Source: Fistulifera solaris
Lineage: Eukaryota
Length of the DNA stretch: 64,000 bases
Direction of reading: 5' to 3'
Assembly (NCBI GenBank): GCA_030295235.1
Contig: AP026152.1
Coordinates: 186,001 to 250,000 of the forward strand
The position numbers were made by a program, and so were the translations under genes. The notes beneath the pieces are model-generated. The model made no database searches and was not told the origin of the DNA. It worked only from the letters and a program-made list of their open reading frames with translations. This document shows, piece by piece, positions 15,145-28,062 of this stretch. Position 1 is the first letter of the stretch. Every line of letters begins with the position of its first letter.

Positions 15145-15706
15145 ATGACAACCATTCCTTGGGATACACATCCCCAAGTGTATTCGTCGCCTTATATTAC
15201 TTCGCGGAAAGAGAGCGGAAGAGTGCATCGACTGGATCCGGATGACAGGATAGAGTACGCCGTGCGGCCTGGAAGGCGGGTCAATTTCAGCTCCATCATC
15301 AAAACCGACTCTACCACACACTTTATTACGGAAGAAGAAGGACAAGCCATCTGGTATAGCTCGAAAGAATTGCGCGAATTGTCTTCTCAAGATCGAGATT
15401 TAGTATTGACCGCCAAGCAACTTGGACACAACGACGAAGAATTTTGTCTCCGTGGATTGGAAACCATACTGTCACGTCGGGCGGCGCTTGAACAACGGTC
15501 CCGACGTATTTCCATTGTCAAGGCCGTATTATTTGAACAAAGTGACGGTGATCCGGCCCGTATTCGAAAAAAAGTCGTTGGCCATTTCCAAAGAAGCTCG
15601 ACATTTGGCGGCCTTGCATGGTCAACAAGATGCAGAAGCCGTATCGGTAACTGCTTCCAACGCATCGATTGTGATTGATCACAAGACACGGACCATTTGT
15701 CTGTGA
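15145..15706 (+). CDS. Diatom-type hypothetical protein (V.F...WYS..E...CLRGLE family); indel in the A-run near 15567
   Basis: RRVNFS, ITEEEGQAIWYSSKEL, FCLRGLE, VLFEQ, then SKEARHLAALHGQQDAEAV in the next frame. Confidence 0.65.
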
Positions 15707-15846
15707 TGTACAGCCTCTGTCTCCAACATTGATTCATTTCACGTTCATAACTATTGCACCGACCCCGCTTGTACCGAAATTCGGAGCTTCCCCTTTTTGT
15801 ACATTACACAAATTTTAAAAAAATAGGCTAAAACTTGGGATTAATG

Positions 15847-16791
15847 TTATTGATTATAGATGCGTTCCGACGGTTCTTGCGAGTGATAAAGACGATCCCG
15901 GGCTTTCAACAGGTCGATGACGTACGGAATGTAATCACGGTCATTCGATAGATCAGACGAATCATCGTGCCAGCAGCACAGCAAAGGATACTCGGTGCGT
16001 TCAATGATCCACGAGGTGGGTAACCGCCACGATGACGGAGCGCGTCGTTTACTAACAATACGGACATCGAGGGAATCGAACGATTGATATCCCGACGGAA
16101 CGGCGACTTGATGGGTTTCCTCCAAATGTCGTATGACAGGGCGAAGTATAGCCGTATCGTCTTCGGTCAAACCCCGCACGTGTCCCCAGGGCGGTACCGG
16201 AATGAGATTGTACGGCTCACATCGAAAATTACTGCACGGAACGTGATGTTTTAACAGCGAGGCACCACTTGGAAGGAGACTGGGACGTTGCATCGGTGCC
16301 GTGAGAATGATCCGGGCATTGTGGCGTCGTCGTGATCCTTCGTGAAAGGATTCAATGGTCAATTGACCGCACCACATGGGCCATTCGAATTGGCCTTCCT
16401 GAGAATAGTGAGTGAGACTTTCGTGCAGGAAGTCCGAAACGGCCAAGTTTTCGGAAATATATCGTATTTGTCGTGTTATATTTTGGATGGACGATGATGA
16501 TGAATCCTCCTCCTCCTCCTCCGCCGAAATTTGAGCAATGGACCGTATCCACGCAGTGGCACCGCCCAAGTGGGGTTGATTCGTCTCGTGCGCTTGAATG
16601 CGACGTGCCATGCCGGTCAGTCGTCGCGTCAGGATTTCTCGGATCTCACGCTCTACGGGAACGAAAAGATCCGGACAACCGCAGGCTGCCAATAGCAGCG
16701 TCGATAAGGATTTTCCGTCACAAAATTCAAGTATTGATTCGAGAACATCGTGAGGTAATTTGTGGAAAGAAACCTGGGCTAGTACCGCCAT
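15847..16791 (-). CDS. Hypothetical protein with a possible N-terminal F-box-like motif
   Basis: Uninterrupted ORF over 300 aa; FHKLPHDVLESILEFCD resembles an F-box; start codon uncertain. Confidence 0.55.
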   Translation of the reverse strand: MAVLAQVSFHKLPHDVLESILEFCDGKSLSTLLLAACGCPDLFVPVEREIREILTRRLTGMARRIQAHETNQPHLGGATAWIRSIAQISAEEEEEDSSSSSIQNITRQIRYISENLAVSDFLHESLTHYSQEGQFEWPMWCGQLTIESFHEGSRRRHNARIILTAPMQRPSLLPSGASLLKHHVPCSNFRCEPYNLIPVPPWGHVRGLTEDDTAILRPVIRHLEETHQVAVPSGYQSFDSLDVRIVSKRRAPSSWRLPTSWIIERTEYPLLCCWHDDSSDLSNDRDYIPYVIDLLKARDRLYHSQEPSERIYNQ

Positions 16792-17161
16792 CCACCAGTT
16801 GGGGGTCGTTATTGATAGAAAAGCAAGAAGAGAAGTAATGGAAATGAAGAAAGAGCTCACAAGCAATTATTCGCACTCGTTCGGAAGCAACATGCCTGGT
16901 AACATGTGTGCGCTTCTTTTGTGTTTTCTTTTGGGAAAAGAATGAGGAACGCACAAATGGCGCTCCGGTTTTAAAATCAGTTTGAAGTAAATGTACCGTA
17001 TTACTCTTTGTGTACTCGACTGACGTGGCGGCTTGTGTCGTGATTCGTGATGATCTACTACAGTAGTAATACGGAGTATTAACATAATATTATCAAGTCG
17101 ACATGCCTATTATTAGTAATATTTTAAATTTGTTGACCTCTTTTTTAAAACGACAAGCCGT

Positions 17162-18180
17162 TCAGGGATGAGATGCAAAGGACGTAGGTCGCTCCCACGA
17201 CACTTGATTGGTCACCGTGTTCCAGTAATAATCTTTTCCACGCAACGTAATATTCTTCGCCCACGGCTCAGGCAAGACGTCTTCCGGATGTACCGGATTC
17301 TCTTCCATCACATTCCCCTGTTCATCGAGCAGATTGGAAAAATCCGGCAAATTCACCCACGCCACGCGTCCTTGCTGATAATACTCGTTCGGCCAGTGCA
17401 ACATAATGTTTTGATAGTTGGCTTCCACGTACCACGCCAATCGATTCAAATGATCCGTTCGGTGCTCGGCTTCTTCGTCACGGACCAAGACATGTTGCCA
17501 AATGACTTTGCGCAATTCTTTCAAACGTTCTTCGGGTTTGTTGAGAAATTCCGTAAAGGCGTGATCGTAATGCGTCAAATGCAAAAAGGTGTATTGCTGG
17601 ACTTTGAGTAAGCTGCGATTTTCCAACAACGGTGTCACGCCTTCCGCCCGAATCCGACACAGTGTATCTTCCCATAAAATGTTGAACAATTCTTCTTGAA
17701 TCATGAGCGCCCGATCGCGATCTATATCATCATGAATCAATCGTTTGTGCAAAAACCACACGTGCATAGTTAGTAGAGCGTGTCGGGATCGAAAGTCACG
17801 AGCAATCCGGCCGGGACCGAACCAGCGTCTGCACGCAAAAAGAAAGGTGTGTGAGTTTCTTCGAACGAGAAACACATCATCATTATTCGGAAACGAAGAA
17901 GTACTCACGGATCACTGGCTTGACGTGTCGCAGCCAAATAAAACAATTCGGCAATCCGAATACGATCACGTTGACTTGTCGGAGAATATCGTTCGAAGAA
18001 TCGAGTGAAAAAGCTCTTTGGACTGGACGAAGAGGCATTCGGGTCCGCGGGGGCCGGTATCGGGAGAATTGGAGGTAACTGATTCGGTAAGTTGCTGTAT
18101 TCTCGTATTGCCGATATCACACGTGCATGGCCTCGTAAAATCGCATTGCGACTGTACAATAGTGCTTTTGCTGGTATCAT
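17162..18180 (-). CDS. Ubiquinol-cytochrome c chaperone Cbp3/UQCC1 with a C-terminal WW-like domain; intron 17908-17829
   Basis: DFRSRHALLTMHVWFLHKRL..QEELFNILWED..YD.A Cbp3-like pattern; mitochondrial-type N-terminus; LPEPW..YYWN.VT.QVSWERP. Confidence 0.75.
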
Positions 18181-18659
18181 TGTTGCAGTAATTCACTGAA
18201 TGAACGATAATGACAATGATAATTCTTCAGTTATGCTTATTTATATGCGAATGCCGAAAGATGATGACGAGATGCGATGTGGGCGATATTTTTCGAGGCG
18301 CTTATTTCATTTCGGCGCTATTATACACGAGCGAAGGCCAGAAATATGAGTCCCGTTCCGCTGACTCACATTGGAAATGAGTCATTTCTTCACGTTTTCT
18401 ACTTAATTAAGCCGGTACGGGACGAAACCAAAGCGAACCGCCTCCATCCACGTCACACGTCACACACACCGCGAAACTCGCATTGACGCGTTTCCCATTA
18501 TTCGTCGTCGGTCTCCCTGACTCGAGTTGTTGACAACATCTTTAGAAAGGTATAATCGAACCATCGTGCGAGAGAATCACAACTCTTGCTTTCTTCTTTC
18601 CCACCTCAAACATCTTAGACTTCTCGAAACCCTATTGTTCTCTTTTATATACAATCATC

Positions 18660-19060
18660 ATGAACCGTATTCTGCCGTTCCTCTTGGCTCTCCTTTTCTG
18701 TTGGACCAGCCATGCCTTCACGACGGCTCCCACACAAAGAAAACTGCAACGCACCACTACTTCTACCAAACTCTATTTCTTTGGGCAACCGAAAGATGAT
18801 GGCAGTCCGGGAGATTACGTGTGCAAGGTGCGTAGTTCGAAATTCGGATGTTTTTTGGATGGAAGTGTGTTGTTGGCTAACGTTTTTCTTTCAAGGACTG
18901 TGGCTATATCTTTACCAAAGGACCTCAGGCGTGGGCCGCGTTAGATGATCGAACGTACAAATGTCCTCCGTGTGGGGCCCCGAAATTTCGTTTCAAAAAA
19001 GTTCCCAAAGGTTCGGCTTCTGGAAAAGTCGAAGTCAAGAAGAGTTGGTTTGGAAAATAG
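18660..19060 (+). CDS. Plastid-targeted rubredoxin-like protein; intron 18828-18895
   Basis: Signal peptide followed by SHAFTT; spliced YVCK|DCGYIF...YKCPPCGAPKFRF gives two CxxC motifs. Confidence 0.85.
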
Positions 19061-19218
19061 ATAATTTGTGCAGGATGCGCTATTTCAATTGAGCTATATT
19101 CGATCAGGAAAATTGCATCGCATTGCACCCTATCGCTAAAAGAATTATATTTGATTTTGAAAATCTATTCTTTACTATGAATGTAATCCGCGTCTGTCTC
19201 ATCTCATTTGAATTCCAT

Positions 19219-20313
19219 TTACCGAGAGGATCGGACCACTTCACGGATGGCTTCGAGATTTCGCGTTTCATCCGGTAGATAATACTTTTCGAATACCAAC
19301 GGAAATGGTGTATCAAAGCCACACACTCGTTTGATGGGAGCTTCCAGTGCCCAAAAGCACCGCTCTTGAAGTTCGGCTACCACTTCGGCTCCAAAACCAC
19401 AAGTGATGGGTGCTTCGTGACTCACCACCAGTTTTCCCGTCTTGAGCACCGACTGTTCCACAGCTTCGGCGTCCCACGGAACTATCGTCTGTAAATCAAT
19501 CAGCTCGCAGTCAATGCCATCCATCTCCTTCGCCAAATCGCAGGCTTTCTGCAATCGTTGAATTTGTGCACCCCATCCCACCAGAGTCACATCACTACCT
19601 TCACGTAATATACGTGCCTTTCCCAATTCGACTTCATAATCTCCCAGAGGCACTGACTCGACAGCCGAACGATACAACGCCTTCGGTTCCAAGAAAATGA
19701 CCGGGTCTTTCGAACGAATCGACGCCAGCAACAATCCTTTCGCGGCTTTCGGACTGCTCGGCATGACGACCGTCAATCCGGCCGTGTGTGCCAAATACGC
19801 TTCCGGTGACTGCGAATGATAGTGTCCCCCGTGTCCGACGGCCCCCGCCGGCATGCGCAACGTCGCGCCTCCGGCTTGCCACTGATTGCCACTGCGGTAC
19901 CGAAATTTCGCCATTTCGTTGACGAGTTGATCCATGGCCGGATAGATGTAATCCGCGAATTGAATTTCACCAATCGCCGTTCCGCCGGTCGCCGCGTAGC
20001 CGATCGCAAAGCCGGCAATGCCATTTTCCGAAATGGGGGTATTGAAGACGCGGTCCTTCCCGAAGCGTTCTTGCAGACCTTGCGAACAGCGAAAGACACC
20101 ACCGAATGCGACGTCTTCGCCGAAAACAATGGCTGTGGGATCTGTTTCGAGTGCTATCTTCATGGCGTCATTGACGGCTTGAAACATGTTCATTCCTTGT
20201 GCGGATGATGTCACCGACATGATCGTAGGGTCAGTCGCCATTGTCAAGTGTGAAAGAGGGCGTCGAGCCGTCAGCCAACTTCGTCTTGGCAGCGAATGAA
20301 GAAGTATCTTCAT
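19219..20313 (-). CDS. BCKDHB: Branched-chain 2-oxoacid dehydrogenase E1 beta subunit
   Basis: [65 protein letters not shown]. Confidence 0.95.
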   Translation of the reverse strand: MKILLHSLPRRSWLTARRPLSHLTMATDPTIMSVTSSAQGMNMFQAVNDAMKIALETDPTAIVFGEDVAFGGVFRCSQGLQERFGKDRVFNTPISENGIAGFAIGYAATGGTAIGEIQFADYIYPAMDQLVNEMAKFRYRSGNQWQAGGATLRMPAGAVGHGGHYHSQSPEAYLAHTAGLTVVMPSSPKAAKGLLLASIRSKDPVIFLEPKALYRSAVESVPLGDYEVELGKARILREGSDVTLVGWGAQIQRLQKACDLAKEMDGIDCELIDLQTIVPWDAEAVEQSVLKTGKLVVSHEAPITCGFGAEVVAELQERCFWALEAPIKRVCGFDTPFPLVFEKYYLPDETRNLEAIREVVRSSR

Positions 20314-21967
20314 TGTGATTTTTATGAGTCAGCCTTTACAAGAAAGATGGATTGTTATTGTCAACAAAGGCAATGATGGAAACTTCGAAAGTGAAATTGT
20401 TCTGTGTTCTCATCTCGCGTCGACGAGAAGACCGCGTCGATGTCACGAATGAAACGAGACGAAATGACGAGATTAAAACTCCACATTCCGGATTCCATGA
20501 GGCCAGCTCGACTATAAGCCAGGAACTTCAATGATTGAAAGGTGCGGCACTTTTTTCTGCAGAGTAAAAAGACGGTTCCTTCAACGTCCGGATTAGGAAC
20601 TATGAACAATCAACAATCTGTAAATATTACTTACAGCCCCTCAAGCCAGCAATGGTAACTTCAATGAGACTGTCTTGAATACGTTACAAATGCGAACAGC
20701 TACCACATTTCACCGAATACTAAGAGAATTTAATTCCGAAGTTACGTATGTCTCAAGATTCCAAATCAACTTTAACGTCCACATCAATCATTAATTCTTT
20801 AAAATTTAAAGTAAGAGGTAAAGACTTCAAGACAGCGGAAAGCCTACAGCGCTTAAATCCTTTGGACATGGGACAAAGGGCATTAGATTCATGAAAAGGG
20901 GACCGAATTGGGAACATTACAACATTACACAAGGCGCATAGATTTACGGTTTATGACTGAAAGCTAACGTGGTAAGGTTTAAGCCTCGAATCTCGAATCA
21001 ATGCCTTTCCCCTACAACAACTGTTATACGTTATACGGAGTAAATAATTTTAAGTCGCAATCTACACCTTGTATCTTTGGCGTAGTATCTAATCAAGATT
21101 TGGAAGGCTTTTTCATGCATCATGTTACAAGGTTCGCCGCCATTTCGCCGCCTGTGGCAAACTGGTCTTAGTTCAACATACGGAGAATTCTTGGCCCGTC
21201 TGACTAATTCTTACACTGTGATCCGAACTCTTGGAATATTGTCGGCTGTCGGCAGTCATCAATCTTATTTAACGCTTTACGACGATTTTTAGTCAACAGA
21301 GCGTCGGAAAACAGGTACCCGTGAGATTTCAGGTAATATGGCCTTCAATGCTTACGAGAATTCAGTGAAAGGTGAAAGACATCAGACAGAAGATTTGAGT
21401 CATAATTTGAGTCACCGCTATCATCTTTTGTGTATAAATCGGCTGTGTAGTTTTCGATGGAATATTGAATTTCAAGCGTTGCAAATTGCAATGTCATACC
21501 GTAGTAATCATTACTGGATACTGCACTGGGTGCTTGGCGCTTGGCGAACGGAGAAGATCTCATTAGAACTTGAAACTTGAAACTGAGAATTGAGAATTTC
21601 GATACTTTATACTCCATACTAGTGTCTAAAAGTATCTCGTATCTCGCACTAGTATCTCGTAATGCAACATATGTACACTGGAGCGTGTTCCATGATTTTT
21701 TCCGTTCTCCGGACCCGAGAGCAATTTCGTTGTTTTTCTCTACTTCGTGTGCGGTACTATTTTTACGCATCATTTGTGGTAGGATCGGAACAACAAATGA
21801 CACCATTTGACTCGGTGAAAAGGCCTCAATCGAGCGGTTTGCCGCGGCCAGCGAGTGTTGGCGAATTATTCCAAAATCCTAACGCAATCATTTACTTCTT
21901 CACCCCCAAACGATTACGACGTAAGAAAGATCCAGCGTAGCACCTATTAATACCAGAAACAATCAAG

Positions 21968-22579
21968 ATGATCAGTATGAAGCAAGTGCAAACGGAAAAC
22001 AACGACGGCGGTTCGGCCGAAGAGAGCAGCGTCACCAGCACCGGTGAAGAGAACAAAAGACGTTCCGCCAAGCGTCGAATCATTGATGAAACACTCCTCG
22101 ATGAAGACGAAGCTCGCAAGCTCGAATCTCGAAGGGCCTACAATCGCAAGTGCGCCGCCAAGGCCCGCAAGCGCTCCAAGGACCTCATTTCGCAGCTACA
22201 AGACGAAGTGAACAAGCTCAACCAGGACAAGGCTACGCTGGAACGTACGAACGAAGTGATGCAAGCGCGTCTCAAGCTGCTCGAGCAACAGAATCAAACA
22301 TTGATGTTAAATCAGAGACAAACTGAGAGTCTTTTGCTGTCGGGAATGCCGAGTAGTGTTCCGGGGAGTCTTTTGGGGAGCAACATTCCCCGGAGCGGTC
22401 TAGTGCGAGCTCAAGGTGATGTGAATCTATCTGCCGCTGCTCTCCTCGAGTCTCTCTCTCAACGCGAACGCATCCTCGCCAGTCAACTCGTCGGCAATGG
22501 ATTGCTTTCCCAGCAATTCCAAGGTGTCGCCGGGGATCAATTGTATAATGGGGCTGACCTCAACAAGCGTCTTCTATAG
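21968..22579 (+). CDS. bZIP transcription factor
   Basis: Basic region RRAYNRKCAAKARKRSK followed by Leu heptads. Confidence 0.85.
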   Translation: MISMKQVQTENNDGGSAEESSVTSTGEENKRRSAKRRIIDETLLDEDEARKLESRRAYNRKCAAKARKRSKDLISQLQDEVNKLNQDKATLERTNEVMQARLKLLEQQNQTLMLNQRQTESLLLSGMPSSVPGSLLGSNIPRSGLVRAQGDVNLSAAALLESLSQRERILASQLVGNGLLSQQFQGVAGDQLYNGADLNKRLL

Positions 22580-22892
22580 TATAGCTGAAATGTAAGCGAA
22601 TATCACTACGACTCAATGAGTGTAAGAACCTCTTCCATGCAGCGACTTTCCTTCGTGGCGTGGGTGATTTAATGTACCGAACCCAAAATAATAAAGTCTG
22701 TTTTACAAAGTCATAATCTTTACTTCTCAAAAACTATCGCATTTAAACTAGGATGTAGAGAAAGGTTCGCTTTCATTGCTGTTTCAATAATCTGTCTAAA
22801 AAGAAGAAGCGTAAATTGGAAAGAGTTTGATTAATCGAAGCAGTTTACTTAAAGCGTATCGTGATGACGCTCTAGCTCCCTCTATCTTTTAC

Positions 22893-23890
22893 CCTAGTGC
22901 AATAAAAAATTAAGCGCGTTAATTTTCTCGCGTTGAAGATTTTCGCAAAAGCGAAAACGGAGACGACGCAATGGGAAATGTTAGACAAGACAACCTTGTT
23001 ATCGCATACTTTAAGCTTTCCATTTGAATTATAAGTTCGTTTTCCTATCTCACTGCACACGTCAAAGGGAATTGGCGTTAATCTGCCGAGTATATAGCCG
23101 ACGCGACACGAAAGACCCTCGTGCCTTTCACAAAAATGATGCGCGCTCTCGCGTGGGTAGTCTGTGCTTTCGTTCTATCACAACAATCCACTGCTTTCTC
23201 ATCTAGACCGTGCTTTTCTCGAGTCGAAACACGGATCTTTGCTACTGCCGACGAAGATGGCAATGAACTCTTGACGAAAGAGGCCGCCTTGCGTGAAAAA
23301 GCCAATAGATTGGAAGAGTCTCTCAAGGCGAATCGACCCTCTGACCTGGACTTTGACGTATCTATTCGCCGATCGACCAGGGTCACACCCGATGTCACCT
23401 CTCCTTCCGAGCGAAGTCCGTACTACGGCAAGTTGACCGCATCTTTTTGAACGATGGCTACAGCGAAGTCGTTCGTCACACAAGTACGATCGAGCGACGA
23501 TGATAACGAATATTTGTTGCTTTCGATGAAATTTGTGTTGCCATCGATTGAACAAATTCGTAGGATTTTGTTCGCTGAAGAAACTATCACCGCTAAGGAG
23601 GTCTAGTAGATTTGCAAGCATCGACATGGAGAAGTCTCTGTTCTCGGCGAGGTTTTCGGCTGGGTTTCGTGCCGTCGGTCGAGCGACGACGATAACGAAT
23701 ACTTGTACTTGGCTCGGTCGATCTTGTGTTGCTCTATTTCAGCCCTGAAAAAGTGTCGATGGTACAGGTGCACTTCGATATTAGAAGGAAGGACAGCAGT
23801 AATGGAAGAAAGCGAGTTGAAGTCGTTTTCTTGAAACAGTTTATAGCTGTTTTTCTTGCTGTCGGCGAACTCATTGGGAAGCCTAGAGTA
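22893..23890 (+). pseudogene. Degenerate, internally deleted and rearranged duplicate of the gene at 25678-26400 and its upstream region
   Basis: Near-identical upstream DNA and N-terminus MMRALAWVVCA..LKANRP; then multi-base deletions, frame loss and a repeated block (CGAGCGACGAtGATAACGAATA near 23490 and 23680). Confidence 0.8.
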
Positions 23891-24176
23891 CTGCACTAGA
23901 AGACAATCACAAAAAGGTGAAACGAACGAAAAGCAAAAAGATCTGTATGTACTTTACGGAAAGAAAAGAATCTTCTCATGTTGGGAATTCCGTGAGGCTG
24001 ATTGAATTAACATGCTTTCCTGTCAGGTTCCACTTCCGACCGAGCCACAAATAATTCCTATGCAACAAACACCCGATAATTGACGAGCGTAGCCGCAGTT
24101 TTTTGTTTTTCGTGATGATTGTCACCGTGGCCTATCTTCTTGTCCATCTTTTCTTTCTTTGCCTTCTCGGCGCAGT

Positions 24177-25144
24177 CTACCTTGTGGTGAGAATTTCCCT
24201 TTTGACGTCGCCATAACCATCTCCACCGTCATTGTTCTTTTCTTCAACTACATTTAAAAAAAGTGCCAGTGCATCCTGCTTTGCATGCCTTTTAATGAAT
24301 TCATCAACCTGATTGAGACAGTAAAGGTCAAGGTCGATCTTGCTACGTACAATGTGGTCAAATTCTTGCCAAGTCTCACGGTGTCTGTGACAAGCAGAGT
24401 AGAACAGCGAATGGCAAGCGCTCATCAGAGAAGTGAAAGCGCCGATAGAAAGGGCACATCATCTCTACGCCACTTACCGGATATCAAAGCAATATTCTTT
24501 GTATTTTTTTCAATCGTAACTGTATGCGCCGCGAACGTCGTCACGGGATACCACTCCGTGGAGTTCTCGCTTGCAAATCGCTTGATTGCATCATGAAGTT
24601 CTCGCAGAAACAAAAGGCCGTCAGCTGCATCTGCAGCGACCTGCATCATGACGTGAAATACCGCTGGAACTCGGGTCCACACCAGTGTTCGTCTCTCGGC
24701 GAGACGCTTGTTGGACGGAAACAACAGCCTGCCGGTTCTTAGAGATACGATTTCGGTGTAATACGCGTGCAAATTCACGACACGCCAAATTCTTTCTGGC
24801 CTGAATCTAGTGCACGTCTCGGACGGAGGGTCGAATTCGAATTCGATCAAATCACCAACTTCAAATGGTCGCGCGTAATAGAAGAAGATGTCGTCGAAAT
24901 GCTTCCTGTACACATGAAAGCTATGACGAACAGAGACGACGATGGAAGTGCATGTTACGAGGTAAGGAGCCGTAGAAACAAAGTCAAGGAGCCAAGCAAT
25001 CGAAAGCGTGACGAAGAAATAGTAAAGGTCGCCCATCCCCACGAAAACGCAAAAACAATCCAGCGACTTTCGAGAGCCAAGTTCACCACGTTCTGACGTT
25101 ACAAGGCGGGGCAGTAAGTCATTTGTAGTGAATGAGTCTGTCAT
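24177..25144 (-). CDS. Miniature MscS-like protein, copy 1 (membrane-anchored type); intron 24477-24385; indel in the A-run near 24505
   Basis: YYARPFEVGDLIE..WRV..YTEI..SNKRLA..VWTRVP MscS beta-domain pattern; exon 2 HRETWQEFDHIVRSK. Confidence 0.75.
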
Positions 25145-25677
25145 CTTTACTTCCGCTTGCGCAACGAGGAAAGATAAATGCCTTGCTGCTTGTTGCAAGA
25201 ACTGTGAGATTGTGAAACATTTTTTCTTCAAACGTGATTAATTACGAAACGAAGAGTATCGTTTTGAAAAAGATTTTGATGTGAATGGATTGCTTTATTA
25301 TTTACTTTGTTCGTCGTCGCACGACGACGTCTCGTCTGCGCGTGCGTGCGCGGTGCGGTGCTGGTGCGCGCAAATGTGTGATGCGTTACCCCTAACCTTA
25401 CCGTAAATACGAGTCTAGTGCGAAAATAATATTCTCGCGTTGAACATACCAATAGGTACCTGGTACTGTGCTGTCGTACCGACAAAAAAGCGGAAACGGA
25501 GACGACGCAATGCGGGCAATGGGAAATGTTGGACAAAACAACCTTGTTATCGCATAGTTGAAGCTTTCCATTTGAATTATAAGTTCGTTTTCCTTTCTCA
25601 CTGCACACGTGGAATTGGCGTAAATCTGCCGAGAATTAACCGACACGACACGAAAGACCCTCGTGCCTTTCACAAAA

Positions 25678-26400
25678 ATGATGCGCGCTCTCGCGTGGGT
25701 AGTCTGTGCTATCGTTCTATCACAACAATCTACTGCTTTCTCATCTAGACCGTGCTTTTCTCGAGTCGAAACACGGATCTTTGCTACTGCCGACGATGAT
25801 GGCAATGAAGTCTTGAAGAAAGCGGCTGCCTTGCGTGAAGAAGCCAATCGACTGGAGGAGTCTCTCAAGGCGAATCGACCCGCTAAGGGTTCCAACATCC
25901 GTCCACAACCCAAAGCACCTCCAATGACATCGTACAAGTCCATGAAAGATTCGACCTGGACCTTGACGTATCGATTTGCGGATCGACCAGAGTCGCGCGA
26001 TGTCACGTCTCCTTCCGAACGAAACCTTTACAATGGCAAGTTGACCGTCATCTTTTTGAACGATGGCTACAGCGAAGTCGTTCGCCACGAAAGTACAAAT
26101 GTGAAAGTCCAGAAAGTATGGGGATGGGATGTGGAACGATCGAGCGACGATGATAACGAGTATTTATTGTTTTCGGTGGATTTTGTGTTGCCATCGATCG
26201 GCAAAGAGCGTTTCTATTTTCAAGCCCGAAAAAGTGTCGATGGCATAGGGAACATTTCGCTCGCGGAAGGAACTATAACAGTCAAGCAAGACGTAGTGGA
26301 TTCGAAAGCATCAAGATGGAGTCTCTTTTCTCCACGAGGAATTTTGGCCGAATTTCGGGCTGTCGGCGAATTCATTGGGAAACCGAGTACAGCGTTTTGA
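25678..26400 (+). CDS. Probably plastid-targeted protein of unknown function
   Basis: Intact ORF of about 240 aa; signal peptide followed by STAFSS, short coiled coil, beta-rich domain (VQKVWGWDVE, YLLFSVD). Confidence 0.75.
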   Translation: MMRALAWVVCAIVLSQQSTAFSSRPCFSRVETRIFATADDDGNEVLKKAAALREEANRLEESLKANRPAKGSNIRPQPKAPPMTSYKSMKDSTWTLTYRFADRPESRDVTSPSERNLYNGKLTVIFLNDGYSEVVRHESTNVKVQKVWGWDVERSSDDDNEYLLFSVDFVLPSIGKERFYFQARKSVDGIGNISLAEGTITVKQDVVDSKASRWSLFSPRGILAEFRAVGEFIGKPSTAF

Positions 26401-27304
26401 TCAAAAGAACATACAGAGCTTACGTTTTAAAACTGCGTTGCAGCTATGGAAGTGCCAAGCGTGAAAATCACAAAGTCAAATCACTGAATTATTAATGATA
26501 TGTAGACTATATATTTTTCACAAAAGTAGGAGGACTCGTATGGATGTTTTGGCGCGACCCTCAGAAGTCGACGTGCATCTGCGGTTGCTGTTCACTTCTG
26601 ACCAACAGCAAACCTACTGAACGAGGACTTTACATCTGCTCAGATCATTGAAAGCCTTCATTTTTGCTCCACTGTCACCTTGCTCCTTGTCTTCCTCGAT
26701 ACTTGACTTTTCCCACTTATCATAGAGTTCGAGCTTCATTCGTTTTAACAAGCGCTCATCATGCACCAACCGGAAACCCTTTGTTTTTTTTATCGAAGAG
26801 CTTCGAGTAAGACGCATCTGATTTTGCCTTCGATTTTGCAAAATATTGAATTGCCTGTACAAGTCGCACTTTGCTGCTCAAGACAAGAGCATACTCTTTC
26901 CATGACTGGCGGTGCCTGTCAAAGAGCAGAATGGAAGAGCGATGAAGCGTGACGTGTGAGAAATGTCATTTAGCAACTCAAGAAAGTCCAGGTTCATCGC
27001 TTATTCACGTACCGAATATTTATGCAATACTCCTTGTTTTCTTTAACAGCATGTTTGTCAAACGGTTCCACAGCAAACCATTCACTACTGGTACGTTCAG
27101 CATAACGAGAAATTATATCATTTGCTACAGGTAGCAATGAACAAAGTTTTAATTCGCACAAACACAAAACAACAAGGAAGTCTAACGAGGAATGCGAGTG
27201 AGGGTGACTCTAGTATTATTCAGCAATTAATTTGCGTGCATCTTCGTTTTCATGCGTCGAAGGCATATACATCAGGATTGTAGTTATCCGTACGAACGGA
27301 TACT

Positions 27305-28062
27305 TTACTCCGACTCGGGAAACAGATCGACCAATTCAGCAAATCCCGGCGGCAAAATGAGGTCGGCTCCGTTTTGTTGCATGGTTTGACTCAAAATCGC
27401 TTCGGTATGCGGTTTACCCAACGCCGCTTGCGCGGCCGCCGCTTCCGGTGTCGTGACTCCGACACCACTGCATCCCGCCGCGACCGCCGCCGTAATGTCA
27501 TCGGGGTATCGCCCACCAACACGACCGACCGCGACGGTTTGACACCGAGTAATGCGCAGACGCGCAATACGGGCGTCGGATCCGGTTTGCTGGGTCCATC
27601 TTCCATACAATAAGTAGCCGAAATCAGTGATTCCAATCCATGTTCGTGAAGAAATTTCATACAATCCGCACGCGGCCGTCCCGTGACAATGCCAATGCCC
27701 GGTTTCGATCGTTGGTGCAATGCGAGCAGAGTCTCTTTGTGTGGAATCAGTGTTTCCAGCGTACACAATCCCGGTGTATCCCCGTGTCCTTGATAGTATT
27801 GTTCAAACGTTTCTGTCACTTGTTCCAGCGTAATCTCTTGCTTGTTGGGTAATGTACTATACTCTTGAATGAGTCGATGCGACAGTTGCCAATCATCGTT
27901 GGCGTTGCCGCGTCGTTTCATTTCCGTGACAATGTCGTCATCGACGGCCGTCGCACCGTACGTGTGACACGTCTTGACAATGGCGGCCCGGTAGGATTGG
28001 GAAACTTCCGCAAGGACGCCGTCCATGTCTAATAAGAGTGTTGTGTATTTCGGAGACGACAT
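27305..28062 (-). CDS. HAD-superfamily subfamily IA hydrolase (TIGR01548-like); indel near 27503
   Basis: LLLDMDGVLAEVSQSY, ANDDW, IVTGRPR, KPDPTP, VGDTP|DDI after frame repair. Confidence 0.8.

Noticed and set aside
21345..21806. 153-aa minus-strand ORF upstream of the bZIP gene
   Set aside because: No recognisable motif and lies in promoter-like DNA; not supportable as a gene
26614..26862. Short ORFs in intergenic gaps (26.6-26.9 kb, 37.9-38.1 kb, 62.8-63.1 kb)
   Set aside because: No motif or splice support; they may be gene remnants but cannot be called
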